Part shown: in pieces, positions 40,101-52,359 of the stretch | Position numbering within the stretch: the first letter of the stretch is position 1 | How the letters are laid out: every line of letters begins with the position of its first letter | DNA from: Octopus sinensis | Lineage: Eukaryota | Reading direction: 5' to 3' | Assembly: GCF_006345805.1 (NCBI RefSeq) | Contig: NC_043003.1 | Location: 2,108,001 to 2,172,000, forward strand | Length of the DNA stretch: 64,000 nt | Program-made: the position numbers and the translations under genes | The notes under the pieces: model-generated | The model's input: the letters and a program-made list of their open reading frames with translations, nothing else | The model's database searches: none | What the model was told of the DNA's origin: nothing

Positions 40101-40333
40101 AATTAGGGTATCTATGAGATACCACCATGCTGAAAATAGCAGCCATGAACCGACTCTAAAACCACCTTAAGTTTTCATATAGCAACATCCAGTAATTTTT
40201 TACTAGTTTCGTCTTGTCTCTCTGTGTCTTCTCTCCATGATGCTATATGAAAACTTAAGGTGGTTTTAGAGTCGGTTCATGGCTGCTATTTTCAGCATGG
40301 TGGTATCTTGTAGATACCCTAAATTATAATTTT
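40092..40333. repeat. Fold-back palindrome (~95-bp arms, ~50-nt loop)
   Basis: aaattataaattagggtatct...atagcaacatc pairs with gatgctatatg...agataccctaaattataatttt. Confidence 0.95.
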
Positions 40334-40498
40334 AATAATTATTACCTTTTGAAGGTTATTTTTTCCATGATAAGTTCGTTGTTTTATTTTAAATTAACGA
40401 TCTTATCCTTATTTATTTATATATATATATATGTTTTCATTTGAGCATAGAATAACCAGGGAAAAATACAGTAAAAGGATGTTCAGAGAAAAGTTTAA

Positions 40499-41354
40499 CC
40501 CTTTAGCATTTAAACTGGCCATAACCAGCCAAAATATTCCACCTGTTTTATCTTCAAATCAACTAGATCCTGCCTCTCAGACCGACCCTACAATGTTGTT
40601 CTAAAAATAAACAATCACATATGAAGTTCTGAGATAATGCATGCTTTATTGAAACAATGTGGATAAATAAAGGTTGCATTTGTCAGAGCAATCTGAATTG
40701 TAAAGGGTTCATTTAGGTTCCAAACGCCAGCAACGACAAAGTTGTTTTATTAAATTCTTCATTATTTTCAAAATAGATTGAGACGAAGGCAGTGAATAAA
40801 ACAGCAGCACGGTTATAAAATGGTTAATTATGCATTATCTTGAAGATGGGATTGTTTACTTTTAGAACAACATTTATTTGAAGACAAAACCGGTGGAATA
40901 TTTAAGCCGAATATGACCAGAAAATTACTATTTTTAAATCTCACAGCAAGAGATATTCAGCAACAGTACTTTGGAGTAAAGATTGTTTGCCAGCATAACA
41001 TGGCAGTCCTGGTTTAGGACGAATGTTGCTGTAATTTAGCCCCAGGAGACATGATCTGTGTCTTATATTTTTAAACAAGGGAATTTAGTACCCTCACTCA
41101 GCTCAAAACAATTATTCTGTGCTGATGAAGGGAAATAACCCAGAAATCGTGATACACAGATATTACTTTGAACTGAGTGAGGGTGCTAGATTCCCTTGTT
41201 CGAAAATATAAGGACACAGATCGTGTTGTATAGCCAGCTGGAGACGATGTCTCCTGGGGCTAAATTACAGCAACATTCGTCCTAAACCAGGACTGCCATG
41301 TTATGTTGGCAAACAATCTTTACACCAAATACGACCAGTTTAAATGCTAAAGGG
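40499..41354. mobile_element. TTAA-flanked composite with perfect 20-bp inverted termini (piggyBac-type), carrying a fold-back module
   Basis: TTAA|CCCTTTAGCATTTAAACTGG ... CCAGTTTAAATGCTAAAGGG|TTAA. It could be one element or two inverted copies of the same MITE end; related MITE bodies at about 46410-46627 and 49995-50172. Confidence 0.6.
41116..41160 (+). ncRNA. Minimal type I hammerhead ribozyme-like motif
   Basis: TCTGTG-CTGATGA-A-GGG(AAATAA)CCC-A-GAAA-TCGTGA-TA-CACAGA: stem I, core, stem II, GAAA, short stem III and an AUA triplet in the correct order. A-A apposition at positions 10.1/11.1. Confidence 0.6.
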
Positions 41355-44300
41355 TTAAAGGAAATTTTGATAAAATTTGGACCATTTAAAAAAGGGGGAA
41401 GATTGTATAACAGAACCAAGTAGGTTGGTGTTTAAACAGTTAATTCAGAACTAAACGGTTAATGGTTAAAGAGTAACCAACACTGAAATAAAAGTTCTTT
41501 TCAGCTCCAGTTTAATGATAGCAAAGAACTTCACATGTGAAACAAAATCAATAACAAATATATTCCTGAAAAAAATTGACTGAAGGGTTTGAAAAAAAAA
41601 ACAAAAAAAAACTAGGAGCTAGCTGAGGAGTGCAGTGCTTGAAGGTCATGGAAGGAAGGAACATTGTTGAGCTTGGTCACATTGTTGGGGTTTACAGTTG
41701 TGTGAACATGAGGCAGGTGTGAGGCGTGGCGGTCAACAAGGAGGGTTTTTGGTTCATGCCTGTGCAGTGTAGAATTCTAAGCAAAGCAAGCAGCAAATAC
41801 AGACTTATCTCATCTCAACTCCACCAAATATTTATTCCACAATATTCTAATGAAGCAAAGCAAGCAGCGAATATAGTTCTAACTCTTCCAAACTCTTTTG
41901 ACATGTGTCAATGTCTGTAAGAAAGGACTAGAAACAATCAAACCATTCATCTTTCTCAACACAGTTCTGAAGATGTTGCTCCAACCAAGATTCCATCTAC
42001 CCGGGTCTTACTTTCTCACCATGACAACCAGTTGTCGGCTCTTCTCTCATCTGCTCTCATTAACCCATCTTTACTCTCCAGGCTACACTCGATTCTTTCC
42101 AAAACGTGAAATTTGTGTTTACACAGAAGCAACCATCACAGTAATTCATCTTTCTCATTTAAATGTCAGCTTCCAGTTTCTCTCGGAGAAAGCATTTATT
42201 CTCCACGCCATTAAGTTCCTCTGGGATCTCCATCAGATGTCTCCGACAATCACTGAGTGTTCAATGGCCGTGCCTCCTGCACTGAGCACAACTATCTCAA
42301 TGGCATCACCTCTCCCTAAAGCCAATCTTCTTGCACAACTTTATTCTTCTTGCACTCCTTCCAAAAACTTTAAACACCAGTAAATTCATTGTTCCCTTAA
42401 TTTACTTCCCCAGCAATTGTCTCAATCAGAGAAGATGTGATCCCCTTTTTACATTCCCTTTTTTTCTTTTCTTGCTAGCACTTCAAGCAGAAAACCAGAG
42501 TGTGGTTTGGGAGGGGAGAGAAGATGCAGGCTGTGCAATGTATGAAAGCGTTTTTTACTTTGATGACGGTCAACCTTCGGGAGTTTTGATTGTGTGTGAA
42601 CACCTCACCACCTCACGGGTGACAATGAAACATATTTGCTGAACTGGTTTGAATGAGCCAAAATGAAGCATTTTGTTATTAAAGGTAATTCACAGAAACA
42701 AGTAAAGAATGTCCAGAGAGTGAGTCATTTAGGGACTTGTAGACGATGGTAGAGTTTCTATGGTGCTGACAACTAGGTTAAACTTTATTCTTTGGAAATA
42801 CGGTACCATGGACATGTAATTAGAATGTTGTAGGGAAGGAGTGTAAGATTCTTCAAACAAAGCCAACCAGGAGAAAACCCTCGAGATTGGCCAAGAAGAT
42901 GTTTGGAGAATACCCCAAGTCTAAGTTGGTCATGCTTAAGAATCTGGAATGTCTAATGACTGTTGCTTCTGACAGGACCCTATGGAGGAGGTGCCTGAGG
43001 ATTCTGCTGCCATGACCCTCCCAGAAATAATGGGTGGAGAAAATGGTTGGTTGGATGGACAACAAGTCTAGGATGTAATACTTGGAGACAAGTGATAAGA
43101 ACAAAAAGTGGTAGTGATCTTGGAGGATAAAAATAAGGAAAAAAATTCCAGACCAAAAGGGAGGTGCTGAAAGATGTTGTCGTGACGAGAGGCTTCTACA
43201 AAGCAATGACAAATGTCATTATGGAAAAGAGATAAAGACCTTATACAGTGGAGGGCAGTTGGCTATTCCTAAAGGCTTGTTTTTTGGTACTTCTGATATG
43301 AGAGGTTCTGCAAGAAATAGTTTTATTTAACTGCATTAATTATACAATATTTTTGGTGAATAGACTTTTTGATTATCTTCAAGAGTAATCTTAATTTCAT
43401 ATCTGAAAAGAAAGAGTGAAGAGGAAGGAGGAGAGAAACAGTGAAGAGGAAGGAGAGAAACAGGAAACAGGCAAGTCAAGCACCAGATTCTATCATTTTT
43501 ACAGAGAACCATTATTCTTTTCTATTCTAGGCACAAGGCCCGAAATATTTGGGGAGGGGGTCAGGTCAATTAGATCGACCCTTGTACACAATTGGTACTT
43601 ATTTTACTGACCCCGAAAGGACGAAAGGCAAAGTCGACCTTGGCATTATTTGAACTCAGAACGTTAAGACAGATGAAATCCCGCTAAGCATTTCACCCGG
43701 TGTGCTAACGTTTCTGCCAGCTCGCAGCCTTAACAGAGAACCATTATTGAGATAGCAAATGATCAGAAACTACAATCCATTCTACCATTACTGGACTGCC
43801 ATCTATTTTACATTGAGTATTCTGTAGTGGCATGGATTAGGAAAGATCTGCAGCATAACATCTTTCAATAATCTATCTTAATCTTCCGTTAGGTCTTTCA
43901 TAAAACTTCCACCACTTCTTCCCAATCCTCATCATCTCAGTTTTCATTCAACCAACAGTCATTGAATTCAAACAAACATCCTTAGAAGAACCATCAGCAT
44001 CCTGCTACAGAGTTACAAAGATGTAAACCAATGAGGATAATGAATGCATAAAGAGCTGCAGGTGAAGCTGAAACAGGCTGGTTACTCGGGTTTAAAAAAA
44101 ACCATACACGGTTGGGAAAAGAGGTTAAAACTAAATTGAGACTCATTTGTAGACTCATGATGGAATCAAGATCTACAAAGTTCTGCTCTCATTCCTGTTT
44201 ATTCTAGTTTAGAAGTAATCATAAAGACGGCCAGGCTTATTTCTATATTAACAAATAAGGCAGTTATTGCAAATAATAATAATATAATAATAATAATAAT

Positions 44301-44821
44301 AAAGCTAATGAAAATAAATGAAATCGAGATCCAGATGAAACTAGTTTGTCAGCTTCTCAGAAATCTTCACATCTCAGTGGAAGAAGGGAAAGCAGAGGCA
44401 GTGATTGCAGACTAGGAAACTAACAACCGTCCTTTTTAAGACAATAGGGTGTGAGATGAGGGAGATTTTCAATATGATTTCTAGCAGGTCAAACGACTTT
44501 GTGGAGGCTTCTTTGTAATGCTCAGCCAAACATGAGTTGACAGGTGAGGCCAATGTGAGTGATGGAACAGAAACATAGTGAGTCACTAGAAACAAAAAGA
44601 CTTGCTCAAGAATGCTAATTAACTCTATTAGTTAATGAAATAGAGACATGAGGAAATAATTTGAGAAGTCTCGTTAGCAATAATTAAAATACATTTACAT
44701 TAACCACAATGCACACACACACACAGGTGAGAGGAGTCCATTCTGGCTTGACCAGTAGCATAAAGAAACTTGGATTTGGCAGCAAAGTATTTCAATTTTG
44801 AAATTCAGTAAAAGAACTTAC

Positions 44822-44892
44822 GTGAATTTTGGAGATCTTGGAGTTGCTGATCGATTTGAACTTGCTCCTTCAGAAGTTCTTGTTCTTCAAGA
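44822..44892 (-). CDS. bMERB-domain gene internal exon
   Basis: Acceptor ttgtttgttttgtag, donor C|gtaagt. 71 nt, phase 2/1: LEEQELLKEQVQIDQQLQDLQNS (coiled coil); phases fit both neighbouring exons. Confidence 0.88.
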
Positions 44893-45667
44893 CTACAAAA
44901 CAAACAAACAAACAAAAGGGTGATAACCAAATGCAACTTGACAGAGTTTAATTTACATTACTGGACCCAGGGTGGGGGGTGGCACAAGGCTCTGCAAAGG
45001 TAAACCAAACAGTCGTGCCCATTAGAATGCAATACCTTGTAGTGTTGAGGCTACACTTCCATAAAGGCCCAGCTTGGCTTTGCCCTTCCCCCTTTTCAAC
45101 AGATCCCTGATAAAATACTTAGGGGCCAACACAGTGGAATTATTTTGTGTTTGTGTGTGGATTAGAGAATAGTCAATTGATTTACCCTTTCTGTTTTACT
45201 TATTTTAGTCACTGGACTGTGGCCATGCTGGGGCACCGTCACGAAGAAGTTTGGTTGAACAAATCCACATCAGGACTATTTTTTTTACGTTTATTTTTTT
45301 AAAGTTTGGTACTTATTCAATTGGTCTCCTTTGCTGAACTGCTAAGTGGTGGGGATGTGAGCAAGACAAGTGAAGTTGTCAAGCAATGGTTTGGGGGGGG
45401 GGGGGTTGTGTGCAAATACAAACACACACACACACACACAACTGTGACGTGCTTCCAGACAGTTTCCATTTACCAAATTCAGCCATAAGGCATTGGTTGA
45501 TCTGGGGGCTACAATAGAGGACACTTGCCCAAGTGGGACTGAACCTGAAACCCGATGGCTGCAAACTGAGCTTCTTAACCACACAGCCAGGCCTGTGCCT
45601 ATTTGTCTGAGAAGTATCTGGAAGAAAGATTTACGGTGACTGAATAAAGAAACTCAATGGAACTTAC

Positions 45668-45767
45668 TGGAAAACTAAATAATGTTCTTTCCTGACCAGA
45701 TCATTTTTCTCATTGATTATGTTAAACCATTCTGTCATTTTCCTGTCATATTCATCATCGTTTATTG
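45668..45767 (-). CDS. bMERB (DUF3585) domain protein, MICAL/MICAL-like/EHBP1 family: most 5' exon found
   Basis: Minus-strand acceptor ttgtttcttgcag, donor CA|gtaagt. 100 nt, phase 1/2: INDDEYDRKMTEWFNIINEKNDLVRKEHYLVF, carrying the WF-x-L/I-x-x-EKN-x-LVR bMERB motif. Confidence 0.88.
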
Positions 45768-46711
45768 CTGCAAGAAACAAGCCACAGATTATTTCTTCTA
45801 TAGAAAACAGAACTATGAAGGCACAGGTTCCATACAATTTGCTCTCAATGTAGTTTTACAACTAAAATGACAAATACTTTGTAATCTGAGAAGCAACAAC
45901 AATAGATTTCAGAACAACAACAGCAACAACAACAATAAACAAGAGTAATAATAGTAATAAAATGCAACAGACATAAAAAAAAGGCTTTGTAAAAATATTG
46001 GATAATGTAGTAATTACGTATGTCGTGATTATATATTATTATTATGACAAAGTATAAAAACATGTCCCTACAAATACAATGTTTTATATCCAAAACGGAG
46101 ACATAGAAAAAGAGTGGTGTTCAGCTGTGCTAAATACTGTATAAAACAAAAGAATATTAAAAGCCATTAGAGCAGGTCTGAATTCAATTAAAGAATTGAG
46201 GGCAACAAACAAGAATACAGGTTGTGTAGGAAACAGACAATAAATGGGATTTATAATTTGAATGTACTTTAATATTTCTACTTCAGTTTGTCATTATTGC
46301 ATATACTTTATACGTACTTTTGACAAGTTGTGCTGCACCTGAGCACTGTCTTCAATAATTTCATTATTATATTATCATATACTGGTTTACAGGTGTTATT
46401 TAACACTGTAGCATTTAAAGTGGTCATATCAGGCCCAAATATTTTACCCATTTTAACTTCAAACTGGCCAGATTCAGCCCCTCACACCTATCCTACAATG
46501 TCACTCTATACTATAAACAATCAGATCATCAAAATTTCAAAGCTACGAGATAATACATGATTAATTCAAAACAATGTGAATAAATAAACATTACATTTGA
46601 CAGAATAATCTGAACGGTAAAGGGTTAAAGTAGAAAAACAAACAAGTATGGAATATTCTGGATATCATTTAACTCTTGGTACCAACCTGTCTGACACTGC
46701 CTTGGTTTAAA

Positions 46712-46934
46712 CCCTTTCGTTACCAACCCGGCTGAAACCACCTCTGGCTCTGTAGTACAAATGTCTTGTTTTCATAAAAGTTTTGAATTAAAATCTTCCA
46801 CCAAACCTTAGTCACAATTTATGTTCCTAACACTAGCTTGATGATAACGAAGTCATTTTACTAAATTCTTTGTTATATTTAAAGTAATTGAAAGAAACAC
46901 AGAGCATCTCAACAGAAATATGGTAACAAACGGG
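46712..46934 (+). mobile_element. piggyBac-type MITE, same family as 18766-18970
   Basis: CCCTTTCGTTACC...GGTAACAAACGGG|TTAA; interior aligns by eye with the 18766 copy. Confidence 0.7.
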
Positions 46935-47304
46935 TTAAAATATATAACAGAGAACCAATTCTTTATGACAGAAATGTTCTATTCTAAAGTAATCCAAAGT
47001 AATCTACAATCTAACACCAATATTTCATGTTAATTTGTTCCAAATATCACCGTAACCCTTTTGATACCTAATTACTTGGAACCAACTCCTGGTTCTATGA
47101 AACAAACACTTTTTTTTTAAGTATCTTTCAAATGGATTTTTAAAAGGACCTTCTTTCAAAATTGCATGTAAAATTAGGCTCCAAATCCTGGTTTAATATT
47201 TGCCAAGTTATTTTACTAAATACTTCGTTATTATCCATATTAATTGAAACAATAGCAGTGTTTTTCAACAGAAATGTGGTAACAAAAGGCTTAATAATGA
47301 TATG

Positions 47305-47527
47305 ATTACTCCTTACTCTCTCTCTTTTACTTGTTTCAGTCATTTGACTGCGGCCATGCTGGAGCACCGCCTTTAGTAGAGCAAATCGACCCCAGGACTT
47401 ATTCTTTGTAAGCCCAGTACTTATTCTATCGGTCTCTTTTTGCCGAACCGCTAAGTGACGGGGACGTAAACACACCAGCATCGGTTGTCAAGCAATGCTA
47501 GGGGGACAAACACAGACACACAAACAT

Positions 47528-47578
<51 letters not shown>

Positions 47579-47755
47579 TACACACATATATACGACGGGT
47601 TTCTTTCAGTTTCCGTCTACCAAATCCACTCACAAGGCTTTGGTCTACCCGAGGCTATAGTAAAAGACAGTTGCCCAAGGTGCCACGCAGTGGGACTGAA
47701 CCCGGAACCATGTGGTTGGTAGGCAAGCTACTTACCACACAGCCACTCCTGCGCC
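47305..47755 (-). mobile_element. SINE family A full-length copy flanked by a ~50-bp direct repeat
   Basis: Reverse complement of the 20197 copy; 47253-47304 is repeated at 47756-47807. Confidence 0.9.
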
Positions 47756-48295
47756 TAGCAGTGTTTTTCAACAGAAATGTGGTAACAAAAGGCTTAATAA
47801 TGATATGGTTGTTTCAAAAATTAATTGAAACAAAGGTAGTGTATTACCAATCCATCCGAGACCACCCCTGATGCCATGATACAAGCTGTTTTACAAGTGA
47901 TCTAAATAAAACCTTCCATAAATATCTCGTGTAAATTTGCTTCAAACGTCAGCTTAACGACAGTTATTTTGCTAATTTCTTTGTTATTTTAAAAATCAGT
48001 TAAGAGAAAAGATGTGTGTTTCAACAGAAATATGGTAACAAAACGGTTAGAGGGATCTAAGTTCTACGCCTTCCAAAATGAAGACAATGCACTGCAAAGG
48101 AAACATTCAGTTATGATATCTGCAAGACAGTGGCATCAAAAGATGATTTTCTTTTTCAAAAAAACATTGGTTAGGAATTGAAACTGCAATACATAATATC
48201 AAAAATATAAACTTCCTAATAAAAACTTGCAATAAAAAAATAAAACAAAACAAGATTTATGATACAGAGACAACAACTAATTTTTTCTTTCAAAG

Positions 48296-48326
<31 letters not shown>

Positions 48327-49139
48327 ATATATATAACATTATGCAACATAAACAGCTCTGTAATGTAAACATTACCAATATGACATTCTAAATGTATGCT
48401 GGATGTGTGTGTGTGTGCTATTTATAAAAAAAAGAAACTGTAGTTTTATTATCTCAGAAAATCTGTTCAAAAACACAACATACCACTGCTCAAGTTTCAT
48501 CTAAACAATTTTTTTTTTTTTGACCTCAAGAGTTATTTTACTTCTTTATTAAAGTTTTATGTTTAGTCTGCGGCAGTGAAGTTCCTCGCTCCACTGTTTC
48601 AAGACCTCTGTCTCATTGGTATGGTTTATTAACAACCAAACTCATTCAGATGACCGAGAAACACTAGCAAGACCGATGAACCTTGAAACTCAATTTTTCT
48701 ACATTTAACTTTAAGAATAGGAAACTATGAAAAGTTTCTAATAAAAGATCCAAAAATTTGATCAGAGTCAAATTTCCAATATCATTTCCCCCCTAATCTT
48801 TGGTCAAGAAACTTGTGTAGGTCATGTTGAGTCATGGCTAAATTTGGAATTTTGTCCAGTATCATTCTGAGACCACATTTGGTTCGATGATAAACATTTC
48901 ATGTTTTAAAAAGATCCAAACTAGAACTCTCCTTCAAAATTTCCGTTTAATCTATGTTTCAAAGACCAACTTTATATCGTCAAAGTTAATTTACCAAATT
49001 CTTTGTTATTTTCAAAATTAATTGAAGAAATTCAAGAGAAATATGGTAAGAAAAGGGTTAACTCCAACTCACTTTCAACAATAACTATTCTTAGTTTATT
49101 ACAAAGGTGTGTGAGTTTGTTCTACTATCTTTTAGAGTT

Positions 49140-49345
49140 TAAGAGACTTCAATATCCACCTTTAGAACTGGTTCGATAACCACAACCAAACCAGTGACAT
49201 TATTGGGTACCACAATAACGTCTTGGCTGACAGCAGATTGTAAAAGAAGTGGCAGCAAGAAAAGACAACATTCTTGATCTTGTTCTGACAAACCCACCTG
49301 CAGAAGCCACATCTTTAGCACACCTGGGCACCTCAGTTCACAACA
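49140..49345 (+). mobile_element. Decayed LINE endonuclease fragment
   Basis: QIVKEVAARKDNILDLVLTN resembles the CR1/L2 APE motif; stops and frameshifts nearby. Confidence 0.5.
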
Positions 49346-49645
49346 CTATAATCTAGAGATTAGTGAAACTGAATGTTCTGTTGCAAACTATAAAAGACAG
49401 ATTTGGTTGGAACATGTGGCGCCACCTTAACCGTCTATTATTTATACTGGACATAAATGCTCAAAATATCCTATTTTATGAAGTAAAGATTGTTTGCCAA
49501 CATAACATGGCAGTCCTGGTTTAGGACGAATGTTGCTGTAATTTAGCCCCAGGAGACATTGTCTCCAGTTGGCTATATGACACGATCTGTGTCCTTATAT
49601 TTTCAAACAAGGGCATTTAGCACCCCAACTCAGCTCAAAACAATA

Positions 49646-49689
49646 TCTGTGTATTGTGATTCTGGGTTATTTCCCTTCATCAGCACGGA
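49646..49689 (-). ncRNA. Second, more decayed copy of the 41116 hammerhead-like motif
   Basis: Reverse complement TCCGTG-CTGATGA-A-GGG(AAATAA)CCC-A-GAA-TCACAA-TA-CACAGA, inside a copy of the same fold-back arm. Confidence 0.45.
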
Positions 49690-52359
49690 ATAATTGTTCA
49701 GCTAGAGGTGGCATTGCCAAATTCCCGTTTGAAATATATAGCTTTCAAGGTGACAACTAGTTACTGATCTATAAATTAGAAAATTACTATTTGTAAATCT
49801 CTCAACAAGAGATATTCAGCAACAGTACTTTGGAGTAAAGATTATTTGGCAACATAACATGGCATTCCTGGTTTAGGACGAATGTTGCAGTGATTTAGCC
49901 TCAGGACTGCCATGTTATGTTGCCAAATAATCTTCACTCCAAAGTACTGTTTCTGAATATCTCTTGTTGAGAGTTTTAAAAATAGTAATTCTATTTTATA
50001 TTCAGACTGCCAGATCCAGCCTCTCACACCTAGCCTACAATGTTGTTCTACAAATTAAACAATCACAGTATTGAAATTTCAAGGCTACAAAACAATGCAA
50101 GATTAATTCAAAACAATGTAAATAAATAAGGATTAGCATTTGGCAGAATAATCTGAATGCTGAAAGGGTTAACAATCCATCTTGGAAGCCAAAAGGTTAG
50201 ACTTTAAGTTCCAAATAATTCCAGTGGAACATTTATGAAGATGTCAAATTAAAGATACATTATTTTCTCAAGACAGAAATCGTAAGCATTCATCCATCCA
50301 GTTTGGGCAACTTATCTGGACCAATGTTAACCTTTCCATACCAGATGCCCCACAACTGAGCAAGAGCCACGAATGTCTGGTCTGGATTTTTTGTCACCCT
50401 GGACTTTCCTTTGCTGAACTGTCTCATCTGTACAGATCACAACACTGAAATCCAGGAAAGCCATGAGATAAGGCATTATTTCTATCGAAACAAGGGGAAT
50501 AAATAAGCCTTACATTCGGCAGAGGAGTAAACTGAATGCTAAAGGGTCAAATCAATTGATTTGTTGTCATTAAGAGAAATAATCTGGAGATGTTCACTTA
50601 GATAAACTCACTACCATATTTTTCCAGGCAAAACCCATCGGTAAGAATCCAGGTGATGAATGTAGAATGGTTTCTAGAAAACAATATCAATTTTTACCAT
50701 CAATTAAAGAGATTCTACAAAACAAACAACAGTTTATCAAAGCAAGGCACGGCTACATTCGGGTGGAGAATCAGGCAAAAAGGGGTCACAATGCTACACT
50801 AAGTAAACAATGGAAAACTGACAAGCAACAACCTCAGCAAGAAGCGGTGGAGCATCATAAATTCTGTGGGTGCAAGGAGAGGTTGCTACTCTGGAGGGTG
50901 TCTTTGAGTAGTAATTCCAGAAAATGAGCAAAGAAATGCCAGAGCATACTTTTGGTACACTCCCGTTTTATATTCTCTTTTATGATTTACATTTTTCAGC
51001 CAGACTGTGGCCATGCTGGAGTACCACCTTAAAGAAATTTGCAAAGCGCCTGGTACTTATTCAGTTGGCCTCTTTTGCTGAACTGCTAAAGTACAGGGAT
51101 GTAAACAAAACAACACTGATTATTAAGTGGTGGTAGTGGCAGGGGACAAACACAAAGATACACATATTCATAGACATATCATATATAGTATATATGATGG
51201 GATTCGTTCAGTTTCCACCTGCCAAATCCATTCACAAGGATTTGGTCAGCTCAACACTTGCCCAAGGTGCCATACAATGGGACTGAACTCAGAACCATGT
51301 GGTTGGAAAGCAAGCTTCTTACCACACAGCCGGCACCTATATCTTTTAGTCAAACAAACCAACCCCAAGATTCTTTGTAAACCTGGTATTTATTCTATTG
51401 GTATCTTTGCTGAACTGCTAAGTTACAGGGATGTAAACACACCAGCATCGGTTGTCAAGCAATGGTGAGGGGACAAACACGGACACACACACATATATAT
51501 CATCATTCATCATTTAACGTCCGCTTTCCATGCTAGCATGGGTTGGACGATTTGACTGAGGGCTGGTGAACCAGATGACTGCACCAGGCTTCAATCTTGA
51601 TCTGGCAGAGTTTCTACAGCTGGATGTCCTTCCTAACGCCAACCACTCCGAGTGTAGTGGGTGCATTTACGTGCCACCAGCACGAGGGCCAGTGAGGCGG
51701 TACTGGCAATGGCCATGTGCAAATGGTGCTTTTTATGTGCCACCTGCACAGGAGCCAGTCCAGAGGCACTGGCAACGACCTCGCTCCAATGTTTTTTCAG
51801 GTGTCACTGGCACAAGCGCCAATAAGGCGACGCTGGTAACGATCACACCTGAACTGTGCTTTTTGCGTTCCGCTGGCATGGAAGTTTTTCATGCCACCGG
51901 CACGGAAGTATATAGATATATATACACACACACACACACACAGAGTAATCCCTTGCCATATCAAGGGATTACTGTATATATATTTCTTTATTGCCCACAA
52001 GGGGCTAAACATAGAGGGGACAAACAAGGACAAACGGATTAAGTCGATTATATCGACCCCAGTTCGTAACTGGTACTTATTTAATTGACCCCAAAGGGAT
52101 GAAAAGCAAAGTCAACCTTGGTGGAATCTAAACTCAGAACTCAACAGGAGACGAAATCCCTATTTCTATTTCCTTATGACCCACAAGGGGCCAAACACAG
52201 AGAGGACAAACAAGGACAGACAAACAAATTAAGTCGGTTATATCAACCCCAGCACGTAACTGGTACTTTATTTATAGACCTGGAAAGGATGAAAGGCAAA
52301 GTCGACCTCGGCGGAATACCGCTAAGCATTTCGCCCAGCATCCTAAAGATTCTGTCATA

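Noticed and set aside
41890-43215. ORFs of 103-161 aa
   Set aside because: No recognisable domain or splice-consistent frame; probably highly decayed LINE sequence. The same applies to 25560-25990, 33600-34140 and 57100-57950.
43340-43402. Strong minus-strand acceptor (ctctttcttttcag) in the bMERB intron
   Set aside because: No good donor, and the phase-compatible frame has no bMERB similarity and soon stops.
50340-50445. Apparent minus-strand exon (ttcag...gtatgg) as an upstream bMERB exon
   Set aside because: Translation (AFLDFSVVICTDETV...) looks like a decayed Penelope RT motif rather than a coiled coil, and its end phase does not fit exon 45767.
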